A stretch of 64,000 bases of DNA from Spironucleus salmonicida (taxonomy: Eukaryota): NCBI RefSeq assembly GCF_000497125.1, contig NC_090596.1, positions 248,001 to 312,000 on the forward strand, in the 5' to 3' direction. The translations under genes were made by a program, and so were the position numbers. The notes beneath the pieces are model-generated. The model was given only the letters and a program-made list of their open reading frames with translations. It had not been told where the DNA came from and searched no databases. Of this stretch, positions 1-13,117 are shown piece by piece. The first letter of the stretch is position 1. Each line of letters starts with the position of its first letter.

Positions 1-383
1 TCGGCGAGATAAGAGTATTAACTGATTTTTCAAAAATTTCTAATTCTTCAAAAATTTTTACACTCCCTATTTACGTTAAAATAACAAAGAATCGTGTTTT
101 TGCAGCTTCTTCTGATAATAAATTCGTCATTTTTGACTTAACTGATTTTGAGAAAGAAGATGTCTGGCCGACTTTCAGCAGACTAGAGCAATGCTCTAAG
201 ATAACTGGAAGAGTTCAGGGTATATTAGGAACCATTGTTTTTGGTAGCAAGGGATGGATAGAACTCGCAGATGATTTTTCAATCAAGCTATCTAAAGATT
301 CAGATGTTGCGGTGACTTACGTTGGTGAAATAGGAGATAAATCCACGATTTTCATATGTAGCGGTGCGGCTATTGCAAAGTGA
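1..383 (+). CDS. 3' end of a probable WD40/beta-propeller protein (partial)
   Basis: Open frame from position 3 to TGA 381-383 (AAGTGA); contains RVFAASSDNKFVIFDL, a WD-like repeat. Confidence 0.6.
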   Translation, partial: GEIRVLTDFSKISNSSKIFTLPIYVKITKNRVFAASSDNKFVIFDLTDFEKEDVWPTFSRLEQCSKITGRVQGILGTIVFGSKGWIELADDFSIKLSKDSDVAVTYVGEIGDKSTIFICSGAAIAK

Positions 384-389
384 AATTTA

Positions 390-1745
390 TCACTCACTAT
401 TTTTGTACTTTCGCAAAAACTTTAAATGGATGATTTGGAGTTATCGGGATCTAAAATCAATCAGATTTGTGATTAAAAAGAGTAATATTTGAATACTTAG
501 CCAGAAAAAAAGAATTTCAGAAAGTTTATTTGCTAGATTAATTGCTTCCTTATTGATTCGTGATAATGAAAATGTGACTATATAGCTTATAAGAAGCACG
601 AGTTATGAAAATATCGAAGGGAAAAAGCGACCGAATTTGATAAGTTCCAAAATTAAAAATTAACTAAAGAAAAATGAATTAGTGCTGACAGCTAACAATA
701 CAGATTTCTTCATTTGGCATAATGTGAAAATTTCAGTATTGAAAAAATAAACAATACAAATATTAACGATTTAAAAAAGCAGACCTGAGATAAAAGCAGA
801 TTTGATCAATTTTGAGTAGTTAGCTTTTTTATAGTACTGCTAAAACACCAAAAGTGTTTTAAATACTACATTAGCATTTAAGGTGCAGATATTGATAAAA
901 ATAAAAATACCAACATTTTAAATTTTAGATTACTCTAATATCTTCAAATCAACATCGATATTTTTTGTATCACTTTAAATTGTAAAAAATGCAAACAAAA
1001 CCCATAATTTGGACAAAAGCAATGGAACAAAAATCTCAGATTGACGTTTTATTGTATCTAAGTTAAATGGAATAAAATAGCTAGGAGAAGTGAAGATAAA
1101 CTATGAACGAAATTCTTTAAAAAATATTATACCCATTATAGCTAATGTAAATCCGTTCCCAGCAATATCTGAAATATGTAAAAAATGCATTTAAAAAATG
1201 TTATCGTTTAATCTATAGGTATAATTCAAAGTAAAAAGTTGAACTGACGTTCTTATGAACTAAAACGATCCGTTAAGCCCAAAATTACCGAAAGACTTTA
1301 ACAGCGCCATGAAAAAATCATTTACTGCGTTGAGTAGATAACGCAAAATAATTTAATTACAGTAAGTTTATAAATTAAAAACATAGCCAATTACAAGTTG
1401 TGAAAATGCAATTATACTGAATATTAAAATCTAAATGTAGATAGCATGCGATATTTATATTTTTGTGAATTAGATTTGGTTATACGAAATATATTTTCCG
1501 ATACCGATAGTCATTGATTCGGTTAATGCTTATGGTACAGCTTGCAATAGAAGAAATTCATAAGGTATTATTAAAATATATTAGGAGAATATGAAAAATT
1601 CCTATTATGATAATATGTAGAAGACTTAAATCTAATAAAGAAGTTGATATGATGTAATAAGTATTTATATTGAGAGCGCAAATAGATATATTTTTTGTGG
1701 GGAATTTTAGTTAAAGATTATTTATGTTTTGAAATTTTTTTCCAT
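390..1745 (-). CDS. Multi-pass membrane protein, MATE-transporter-like (451 aa)
   Basis: Table 6 ORF MEKNFKTQIIF...KYKNSE*; hydrophobic throughout; VPQALTESMTIGIGKYIS resembles a MATE helix; size fits MATE. Confidence 0.55.
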
Positions 1746-2032
1746 TACAAAACTATTGATCAGAATTATACAATAATTCCCAAATTGTAATTATCTTTGA
1801 AAAGTATCTAGTAATTTATATATAATAATCTAATAAAACTGCAACCCGTTAAAGTATAAATAGATATAATTATAAACAATTCAATAGAATTCATATTTAT
1901 ATATATAATTTATTACATTTTAATAACGTTTTTATCTTCTAAGTTTTACTTTTTAATTTTTATGTTGGAATCGTCATTGCTATTCAAAATATTAATGGTA
2001 TTATATAGTAAAAATTATAAATTATTCACTAA

Positions 2033-2926
2033 ATGTCAAGTGAAGATCCTCTTCTGATCACTGGCTCATATGACAAATTTCTGAAGTTCTGGAACATTAA
2101 TCAATAACGATGTTTTGCCCAAATTAATTTTGAAACCCCAGTTTGCGATATTGCAATTTCTCCAAATAAATAATATGCGGCAGTTTGCGGATTCAACTCA
2201 ATGAAAGTATATAACACATAAAACTAGCAAATTTATGCTTCTTTAGCACCCGATAAACTTGATTATTGTATATCATCTTGCTCTTTTAACGAATCCGGCT
2301 CCTAACTTGCTGGAGCAGTTGAAGATGGAACTGTTCAAGTATATGATACTAGAAACCTACAATAAGTGGCGCAGTCCTACCATCATAATGCGCTTCTGAA
2401 CTCAATTTGTTATTCTGATAATAACATAATCATTGGCGAACAGACGGGAAAAATTTTACTCCTAGACCAGCGGAACGTGCAGCAGCCTCTGAGAGTTATC
2501 CAGGCATTCGACTATGACATAGGTGTGCGCTGGATATCGTGCTCATAGAACAAGATGGTGGCCTGTGACGGGCGTGGTATCATCTAGCTATACGAAGACT
2601 TTGAATTAAAATGCTCTGTGCAGGCACACTCACAAGCTGTCTACAGAGTCCGATTCGCCAAAAATGGTTCCATACTTGCATCAGTCTCTAGTGATCGCAC
2701 GGCTAAAACCTGGCATGTTTAGAATAGCAGATTAATCAAGGAGGACTAGACCCCAGTTTTCGAACAGTCAGCATTTGATGTCGTCGTGAGTTAGAACGGT
2801 GATAATGTGATAGTTGGTTGCGACAAAGCTGCTAAACTATTTGGAAGACACCAGGGGTTGCGCGAGGCGTAGAAGATTTTCTCGTCTCACATGGGTCTCG
2901 TCACAAGCCTAGCATTTTAAGAGTGA
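2033..2926 (+). CDS. LST8: TOR complex subunit LST8 (WD40, 297 aa)
   Basis: LLITGSYDKFLKFWN, VEDGTVQVYDTR, IIGEQTGKILLLD, AHSQAVYRVRFAKNGSILASVSSDRTAKTW align colinearly with LST8/GbL motifs; ends GAGTGA. Confidence 0.8.
2922..2926 (+). terminator. AGTGA putative polyadenylation signal fused to the stop codon (representative copy)
   Basis: AGTGA overlaps or lies within ~16 nt of the TGA in about 20 of 38 gene ends; this motif is the described Spironucleus salmonicida poly(A) signal. Confidence 0.7.
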
Positions 2927-2939
2927 AATTTCAATTGCA

Positions 2940-5900
2940 TCATTTCCAGCCTTTCCTCTACAAACTTCTGGCCAGTATGTTGCAACCCCAATTCGTGCCA
3001 TCTTTGTGTCGTTTGTCAATGACTTCTCTAACTAAAAGTTAGACGTTCGAAAAAGTGCACCTAGCGAGTGCCTAAAGTATCGCTGAAAAGCAGTATGTTT
3101 CGATAGATGGTCCACTGGCGAAAATGGACATTTATACAACGACCCATCTTGCAGAATCTTAGGGTGCTAAATCACGAAGAAGCTAGTAGATTATCTAGAA
3201 ACAATAAGTCTCTTCAACTTTCTTTCTGTCTAATTGGGTATAAAAATGGTATTTCACTAAATAGTTCAAAAATGGAGCTATTTAGTCGATTTTTAAGGGA
3301 TTAAAAACGGTGTGCTTCAAGCTTGCAACAACATCTTTTACATAGTGATCACTATCTTTTTTAAGAACCATTTCTAAATCTTTGTTGATGTCAGCCATAA
3401 TAAGATCTTCTATAAAATCTGTCTCAGGAATTGCCAGCATTCCATTAACTTCATCTGTCTTTGGATAATTCTTTCTAGAGTTTAATTGACCGCGTAATTA
3501 TTAAGCATTTTAATGTAAAGATTCAGAAATAATAAGTCTGTATTTATTCATAAATATAGGAAAATCGTTACTAATAATGATTATTAAGCGCATTAAACAG
3601 CGAATATATTATTTTAAATATGGTTAATTTGTGAGTTGTATATTTTAGAAATAAGAATGTGTATAGTTGCAAAATGCTTAAAGCAACATGAAATACGGTT
3701 GGAAAGTTGGTGAATTTTCATAAAACATATGCTTTAGAAAGTTAAGATTTTAGCTTTTAGTGTAATATTAGTTAAAAGAATAATCAGGCTAGTAATGTAA
3801 CATAGCACCCTGTAATGTTGGCTCGGACATCAAAGACATAAATATCGCGAAAAACTCAGGATGATACTATGGCCGATACGCATATAGAGATTAAGCTATA
3901 ATAGTAGAAAATTAAATTCGATGATATCTGTTAAATCTAGTTGTTTAAGATAAAAATATCCTTTAAATAGTAAATAGTAATTTATGAGTAAACTTCATCG
4001 CTAAAATATTGAAAAATGTTTATTATGGTAATTACTCTCCATTATCAATTTATTCAATAAGTCTTTGCTCACTTTACAATTAGCATATAGTCTAAATAGT
4101 AATAGGAGTTTATTAAACACTTTTCTAGACCAAATCATAGTTTCTAAGTTACTTCATAATTTATATCTTTGTCAGGGGACAAATTTAGATAGATTAGAAT
4201 ACTGAATATAATTATTAGATTCTGTAAAGAAGTAATGCTAGATATTATTCTTTTTATTTTCCTCTAACCTCAAATTCTGGGATAGATTATATAAGATAAT
4301 AGAAAAACTAACCTAGTTAATCAATTTATACAGATTTTTTGTTAATAATGAGAGCCTTATAATCACAGTCATTATATATAGTATAGAAAGTAGATATAAG
4401 CAAAGAATCAAAAATTTAAGATGCTACATCGTCTGAAAGCATCAAACCAACTTAATGAATCTAAAATACACAACTAGAAATAAGTGGAATTTATTATTAT
4501 GTAAGATTAATTTTATCATCAACAATAGCTGAAAATTATTTAAAACATTCCATTATATGATTATCTAACATAGTAAATGAATTTTATGATTTTTTCTAAA
4601 CCTCTACATTAACATACTTAGCAAACTTTTTCACACTATCCTCAATTTCACTTAATTTAACTGAAATTTACTGGCCAGTAATAAAATCAGAATATTTTAA
4701 TTAAAATCCGAAATCGCATAAATTATCACCGGAAAAATTCCGCTATGCTAAAAATCCTTGATTTATATGCTACTAATAGAATAAAAATTCTTAGATAATA
4801 TCAGGTAATTCTAAAGATGTAGAATATATAGAAATATCCTAAGTAGTATTGACAGTGGCTGCCAAAGTTTCCATTGATGAGACATACAATTCTTCAATTA
4901 ATTATACAGTTTATTTAAAAAGATATGAAGATATAGATTTATGACATTACGCTAATTCTTTTGTGTTATTAAAGCAAACTTCACATAAAGTTTCGGCAGC
5001 AGCAGTAATTGTAAGCACACATTTATTTTATACTGCAACTGGTGGAATTTCAGAATTATTTGTAAAAGATAAAGGATAAAGGATGGCCTACTAAATAGTA
5101 TCATAGAAAAGCCTATCAGCATCCTCTGGCTTCAAGACATGATTTTGTATAATACCAATATAATAACCACTTAAACAATCATGCACAGAATAATACTTAG
5201 AGTCATGTAAGTTTAAAATATCAGAATAAACGGATAAATCTATAATTTACTAAAATCCAACTTAAATCTATTATTTCAATTCTATTGCTGAACTGCTATT
5301 ATCTTAGAAAACTCGATATAATACTTAGTAAATTGCAAACGGGAGTGATTTTAGAATGGAGATTTAATTTGAACAAGATGCGGGGGTGCTACAAATATGT
5401 CTAACAATCTGCTAGTGCTCTTCTTTGAAATAATCATGTATTTTAGAGTCAGGTGGGAACAGGCTTAAAAATTCATTTTTAGCTTTAACCTAATAACTAC
5501 TGATATTAGCTTATAGTTATTCTGCAATCTTGAAATCTGTTGTAAAATTAATAGATTTCAGTTACCCTTCTTTAGCTCCCTTTTAATAATCGTCATAATT
5601 AATTTGACAAGATTTAATTTAATTAATAGTATTAGAGTCAAAAGTGATTCCGGAAAATGTCCAATTAAATAGCGCTGTCATAAAAGATTTACAATTATTA
5701 GGATTTATTCTCCACATATAGTCAAATACAATTCTTAATGAATGCAGCTAAGCATTTAAAGGGTGATTAGTCTATATATTATACATAGAAATTTTAGACG
5801 ATGAGTATGAAGACTATGCTAATTAATTTTATGATGAATAAATTGACTTACATAATCTAGCCAAAAGCTTAATAGAATCATCTTAAGAAAGACTTTTTGA

Positions 5901-8900
5901 CAAAGGTAAATAGTTAGATAAATAGTTAATGGTAGCGCCTTAATTGTAAATAAATTTGATTACTTAATTTTTATGCAGTGTGCTAGTAAACTAATATCTA
6001 GATATAAATTACTGTAATTATTCCTATATGCTTAAATCATTAGATGTTCCAAGCTATTTACTAAGGAATTACTAAGCTTGTACCTAATTTTAAGAAATTT
6101 ATGGTTACTACATCCAGTTGCAGCAAATAAGTAGTTCTGGATAGTTAATCATGGTATAGGGATAAATTGCTGTGTTATCATGTTAGGTTACTTCAATCCA
6201 TGTATTTTTATCATGATGGTTAGATTTTATTGAAAAAATATGATAAAAGTCATCAACTAGCCTATTAACTTATTCATCAAATGATAACTCGTTTGACCCA
6301 TTATGTATTGCACGGTCATCAAAAGGTGTTGTAGTCTCCTCCATATCGTAAGTTTCAGCTAATTAAAAGTCAAACTTATAATTCAGTTTATTATTATTAC
6401 TAATTTTTATTTATTATAACTGTTACGCTTATTTCTAAACGTACAATATTACTTATTCTGCAGCCATTAAACTGAGTTATTTAAGTATTTTTGATGTGAT
6501 TAACTCTTGTAATTAGAGAGGAACGTACTCTTCATATTAAAACCTATTCAATATTTCCTATAGAATTTCTTATGAAAAAGCTGAAAGTGAAGCATTTCTG
6601 ATTAAAACACTAGTTATCCGATTTGTACACATTGAGAAAGCTTTTTTATATCGAGAATCAGTTTGCTTAAGTCCAAAATTATTTAAAAGTGCTTCCGCAC
6701 ATTCTCGAGCATTATCAACATATTTAGACCATATTTACTAAATTCTACCTTATCTGTAACAGATTTGCACACTATCGTAATTCCACAATAACTCCTGATT
6801 TTCCTAAATTAGCGCAGATGTTAAATTAAGAGGTACCTCATTAACTTCTGCTTTCATGAGTAAACTTAAATTTTCTTCTTATTATAATATTTCAGGCAAA
6901 ATTATATATTTTTTATTTTACTTATTAACAGTTTCTCCGGTTAATTCGTGTATTTCCTCAGAATAAAATTCATTAACAACGCTATCTATATCAGAATATA
7001 ATAAATATTATTCTAAATTTTGAATATTTTCGTTAGCAATCTTCGCACTTTCTCTACAATTCTTACAAAAAAATCCATGCTCACATTTTATCATATCTAT
7101 CGTGATAGATAATAAGGTAAGCAAATAACCGTTTTAACTTGTGATTATTTAACTCATTTGAAGGATTGTCCGCGAAAATTAACTGAAAAATTATGTTAAT
7201 ATAGGCTTTGTTTCACAAGTTTCTGCAATCTTTGAGAGTGCTAAATAATCAAAATCTTCGATTCGTAGCCCTTTAAGAGGTGCAAATTCTAGACGAAATT
7301 ATGAGGCACCAAGCCATGTGGCCAATTGAAATACTTTCTGTCGGCGCTAAATGAGCTGTTCAGAAGTTAATGTTTATACAGAATATAGCAGCCTAGAAAC
7401 AGTTAAGATACATTACTTTGTGATTAAAAATAACAGTTCGGGTGAGTCTAAAGTAATGAAAAATTAGAAAAACAAGGCTAGTGGCATGTTTTATTGATCT
7501 GAATTTTTAACTTAAAACTAAATGATCCAATTTGTTACGAAAAATTCAGCAAATTATTATTTATCATTTTCAAAAATCAGTTTACACTCTTTGATTTACT
7601 GTTGTCTAACTGATTCATTTATTGCTGATTAGGACAGAATTAATTAGAGTTTTTGTTGATAGATTTCATAATAAACACCGGTTTCTTATTGAGAAGATGG
7701 CAAAAGAACCATAAGAGACTTATTTTTGCGTAGTAGTTAGGCAATTTCTTCGTCTAAAAAGTTAGATTAGAGTAGTTTATCAGCATTTTACAGGAGTTTA
7801 TTGTTAGAATCTTTTCTTAGCTTAACTTCATTCTAAATATTTTATAATATTAATGATTGTTTAAATGTACATTGTTAGGTTAAAATAAAAGCGTATTATT
7901 AAGTATCTAAATCAACTTGTTAGAAAGCATCTAACATGCTTAATGATTCAAAAAATGAGAAATATGTAGTAGAAGAGTTTATAACTTTAGTTGTCTATTT
8001 TATCTTTTTAACACTTAAAATAATAGTCTTAATAAGTAATTTTGATAAAGATAGATCTGATTATGATTTAGAAGATGCTATTAATAACAGTACATTTAAA
8101 AACTTAGGATGCAAAACATCAAAAAATAATGAATTGATAAATAGTTCGGCTGAAAGAATGTGTAATTCTTATTAAGTTTAAATAAGCTATTCTTGGTTTA
8201 AATCTTTATTATGCTATTAGATCACCTTAATATCATTAATTCCATTGATAATTAAATTAAGTAGCACAAAACTGACAGATTTTAAGGTTTATTATTATTT
8301 TAAAATAGTCTTCTATTCTTCTACAAATTATTGATAGTTCTTATTAATACATAATTAAGAAAATTGATTACTAGCGTTTTAGCTTGTAATTTGATCAGTT
8401 ACCTAAAGATCTTGTGCCATCACCATATCAATTTTAGGATATGCTAGTTTGATGATAGATATTGCTGCACTAAATAACTTAGTCATTCTAGACTGTAACT
8501 CTTATTACGAAATATTTTTAAAGTAACCTTCATAATAAACTAACGTTCTATAAAATGAGTAAACAACATCTTCATTAGGTTGAATATCAGAAACGGTTAC
8601 AAATCTAAGTTGCGTTTCTAAACTCACAGATTAGGTGTTCTATTATGAAAGTTAAATGATGTCATGAAGAGCACATGAAATACTTGGTGTATAATCTGAA
8701 TGAAGATAATGAAAATCTGATAATTCCAAATTTTTATTTTATATTTATAAATATTTATATACTTTCTTAACTATAAACACGCATAAAGCTTCCGCAAAAG
8801 AAACACCAATCTTCATAAGTTATCCATTTAAAAATGTTGTCATTGATATTTTATTTTATTGTGCTGCAATAGACCCCACATCCAAAGTGAAATAAAAATT

Positions 8901-10532
8901 ATCCTCCGAAATTAGAACTAAATCTAAGCATTGATACTCAATGGCGTGTTCTAACATCTTACTAGTTAAAGCTGGCTAAAATTACCAAACAACTTGATAG
9001 ATATACGAAAAATACTCAGACTATATTAAAGATTAGGTTAAAATCGGATTAAGTACTGTTTTTGTAGATTTGTTATAGTATTTGTTCAACGCTAAAGCTA
9101 AAATTGATTTAAGGAAGTAAGATGGTTAAAGTTACAATATAGTTAGTGCTAGTTATTCAGCACATTTAGCTGTAGGATCACCGTATCCTTTTTGAGTGAG
9201 CTCTTATGAGAGTTGAAGCTAAGTTTAATTAGGCATATTTATATGCAATAAATACTCAATTTACGGTGAGAAATCTTCATATAAAAGTTTTAATGTTTTG
9301 ATTAATGGAATGCATCTCCATACAAATGCTTATGTAAGAACGACAGCTTGCTGCTGGTTAAGCATAAGCTAATCTAAATCAGAAATTAAATACTATTGTG
9401 AAAAGCTGCAATTTCTTTTACTAGAATTTTCACCAAATTTTTAATCTAAAATATTGCCACAAATGTCCAATGCATATTAAAATGGACATGAAAACTCGTT
9501 ATTAGTTAAATTGGGAGGATATATAAGTTATACTGTTTCTAATCTTCCAAAATTAACATAAAATGCATACTATTAAAGAAGTAAAAATTGTTTAAGGGTT
9601 TCCTAAGATAATCCTTACTTTAACTAAAGATAAACTTTAGTATTGAAAGCTCTGGTAAGTGTTTGTGCTAATGTCAAAAATCCAATAAGATATGTGAACT
9701 TAACAAATTTGTTGAGCTCAAATCCACCAAAAATAAGATCAATAAGACTTTCCTTTTGTTCATTAGAGCACTTAGAACAAAAACAAGTACGCTAATTTTA
9801 AGCCAATAAAGCTTTAATTGTAAGTTCAAGTAATTATTATGGAGAATAATAAATTTCATCCATTTTCATATTTTAAATACATTAAATAACAGTTATTCCT
9901 TTACTTTTCAGGTATTAAAAAACATCCACAATTTTCCAGTCCATGGCTTCTTCAAATAATTCAATATTAAATTCTTTCTCTATCTAGGATACCGAGTAAC
10001 GGACCTTATTTACTGATTATGGAGTTGCAAAAAATTATAATAACTATCCGCCATCCTCTATTGTTGGCTATGGACAGATCTATTCAAATGTTGCTGTAAA
10101 TGTTCCATTAAACCCAATTTTAAAAAGTTTATTTAACAATTCAGAGTTAAAACTTTTCTACAATGTTTATTTTATTTTAATGAAAATTTCTGAAAAGTTT
10201 ATAAGCTAGATAGATTTATCTTAGTTAATTTATAATTAGTTTGCAATAAATTCTAATTGAGAATCTGACATTTTTTCCATTTTTATTACCTCGAAAAATT
10301 AATTCAAATAAGACGTCTATGGTAACCTCTATTGTAGATATTTAGATAATTATTAACTTGTAAACATGAGATGTGGTCTGCTTAATAATTAACAAGATTT
10401 AATGACTTAGATCGAAACCTAAACAAAACTTGAAAACTATAAATTCAAGTCTATCCCCCTAAAACTTTCCTATAGAAGTCTAATATTTTATGATTCAAGT
10501 GCTTAAAAAATATGTTACTAATGCAACGACAT
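2940..10532 (-). CDS. NOT1: CCR4-NOT scaffold subunit NOT1 (~2530 aa)
   Basis: Same frame at all checked points. FYFTLDVGSIAAQQNKISMTTFL~[38 protein letters not shown]~RPTKAPGFVYAWLELIS; LIIIISNDFPIFM...AQQLR~LLVLLHDFPEFL...CIQLR; NWGCNIL~PWGLLI. Confidence 0.85.
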
Positions 10533-10768
10533 TAATCAATGGAGTGGTTTTATAAAATAATAATAGATTATAATATTCAAATAAATAATATCATTTATAA
10601 TGAGATTTTAATTATAAACTAAGCAAGATTACTTTGTATTGAGCTTATTGCACTGCAAATGATGCAGCAATTTAATGGAATAAATTATTTCGTCTATTTT
10701 ACAATAAAGTTCCATATTACCATTATATTTATATTATATTATTATACTTATTTAATTATTATATTAAA

Positions 10769-11248
10769 ATGTCTGATTTTGTTGATAGTTTAATTTATGA
10801 TAGAAAATTTGTTGAATAGTAACTTTCTAAGTTTCTACTTTAGGAATTGACTTTCGAATAAATTATTGAGCTTTTAGATCATTGCAGCTTAATGTTTGAT
10901 ATAAATTAAGTCAGATAAATAATAGATATAATCTATTCTAGCCATTAATAAAAATTTACCAAAAAAGAAGTATTGCGAATAATTTATACTATTTTTTTTG
11001 GATTTTGTTTGCATGAGACTGCAATTAAATTTTTTTTCTTTGACATATTAGAGGAAAAATAGATTCCAATTTAGCTTGCATTAGAAATTTTTGAGGGATA
11101 ACAGAACCTTAATCATGATAAAATTTTGGAGTATAAAAAAGAATTAGTATATAATTAATCAATAAAAATAAACCACTAATTGTTTGGTTCTACTGATAAG
11201 ATTAATTTGCTTGGGTTCTTAAGTTTTGAGAGTGATCTTCTTAAATGA
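10769..11248 (+). CDS. Hypothetical protein, possibly degenerate EF-hand (159 aa)
   Basis: Table 6 ORF MSDFVDSLIYD...SDLLK*; FFFFDILEEKQIPIQLALEIF is EF-hand-shaped. Confidence 0.55.
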
Positions 11249-12563
11249 ATTCTATTATGTATTGTTACTGAGTGTTAAAATTTTTATCGTCTTAACAAAT
11301 GGAAAGAAATAAAAATATAATATTTATCACTACACATTTAAATATTTAATTTGTAGAAGGCTTAGTGTCAAAGATATAAAGCTAACAACGTCAATTATAA
11401 TGATGAATAATTACAATGAATCCCATTAAAATTGATTGATTGTTTTTACTATAAATTTATTAAATTTTAGATATAATTTTACAAAATAATCAAGAAATTA
11501 GGAGTAGAAGTAAATATATTAATCATTATTATTCCATTAAGGTGTTAATATTCGATTTTTATTCAGGCATATATATTAAAACAAATTTATTAGATATAAA
11601 TTTTTATAATATATTATTTACTTATCTTTATTATTATTTTATATGTTATGCATATAAAATAAAAGTATGGTATTCTGATTCTATTTATAATAATATATAT
11701 TACTCAGTAAATTATAAATAAATATATCATTACTGTTATGTTAATATAAATATTTATAAATTTTTCAAAAAACATATTATCATATATTAGATTATCTATA
11801 TTATATTCTTTATATTTTTTATTAGGCTTTGTTCAAAAAATATTTGTTTATTAAAGAAGTCACACTTATGTATTAAAAAGTAAGAATATTATATTTAGAG
11901 ATTAATAGATATTATTTGTTCATTTATGAGTAATCTGTTAAATATAATTAATATTGTTTTAAAAGAATATATGGATTGCTAATTAAAAAAATACTTTTGA
12001 ATGTGTTATATAGGATTTTATTTTAATATTATTGTGAACATGTTTTAAATTAATGAATCCATAATAGTTAATAAACATACTTATATTGGTTTTATCGAGT
12101 AGAAAAAGTTTTATTATTTTTACTTGTTGTTATTATATATAATTACATTTTATATTTAAATATTATACATCAACGTAGTTTTATAACAAATATATAGTTT
12201 ATTTTCTTTGAGTATAGTTAAGATTTATATTAAAAACTTAGCTTTATTTAGTATAATATAATTATTTGATGCATATATTTATATAATTAAAAAAATTAGA
12301 ATATGTCGTTTTTATAAATAATTATTAAAAATAAATAATATTGATAAAGTTTAGTTTGTGTGAATTTTCTACGACCACAGTTGAATAATTGAGATTAATT
12401 TTAATTCAACATATAAAAGGTCGTTTGATTAGTATATTTTGAATATCTTACTATACCTAATATAAATTCATATATAATACTAATTTTCTAATGCTAATTC
12501 AGTAATAAAAAACATTATTATTCTTACTAAATATATACTATATTCGAAATTAATTTTACCATA

Positions 12564-13112
12564 ATGCCTAGGCCTTAAACTATTGAGACCGCTTAATTCC
12601 ACGCTGCTTTTGTTTAAATTTTGAACACAAGAAGCCCTGTTGGTTATGATTTAACATAGAAACAAGCTTGTGAAGTCTTTGAAGATTTTAATAGAGCAGA
12701 ACGCCATAATTTTTGGTTAGAACTATCAGTTATAATTACTAAAAAGTAAAATCAGTGTTTATTACATTATAGACATTGTTATTCAAAGGCTAAATATACA
12801 GAATCACTGCAACCATATAAAACTGCTGTTGAATAAATGGTTGCTGACCTTATTCAAGAAAACTATGAGCCTAATGACATTATAAAAGCAGTTAAAGATT
12901 TTCTTTACGATAAAGATATATTTCCATCTGCTATTGAGTCATTTGTCTATTAATGTGTCAGCAGAGTTAAATCAAATAGAAGACTGAGGACAAATGATTT
13001 CAAGGATACAGACTTAACACCATTAAACAGTTAAACAGACAAAAATGCTATATAAACCTAGTAGTAGATCGAAGAAAAATTGCTTAGTTAGATTTAGAAA
13101 TTACTTATGTGA
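12564..13112 (+). CDS. Divergent Myb/SANT-like protein (182 aa)
   Basis: MPRPQTIE...; FWLELSVIITKKQNQCLLHYRHCYSK has W-x7-K-x2-QC-x2-HY helix-turn-helix spacing; TGAGTGA end. Confidence 0.65.
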
Positions 13113-13117
13113 GTGAC

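Noticed and set aside
2940-3551. Separate 203-aa gene starting at ATG 3551
   Set aside because: The frame continues upstream without a stop; it is the NOT1 C-terminal domain
7936-8175. Supplied short ORFs such as 7936-8175, 18160-18504, 29177-29473, 32340-32612, 41096-41338
   Set aside because: Antisense shadows of longer genes on the opposite strand
10536-10538. In-frame TGA as selenocysteine or readthrough in NOT1
   Set aside because: It lies just upstream of the ATG at 10532; no internal TGA was needed in any gene
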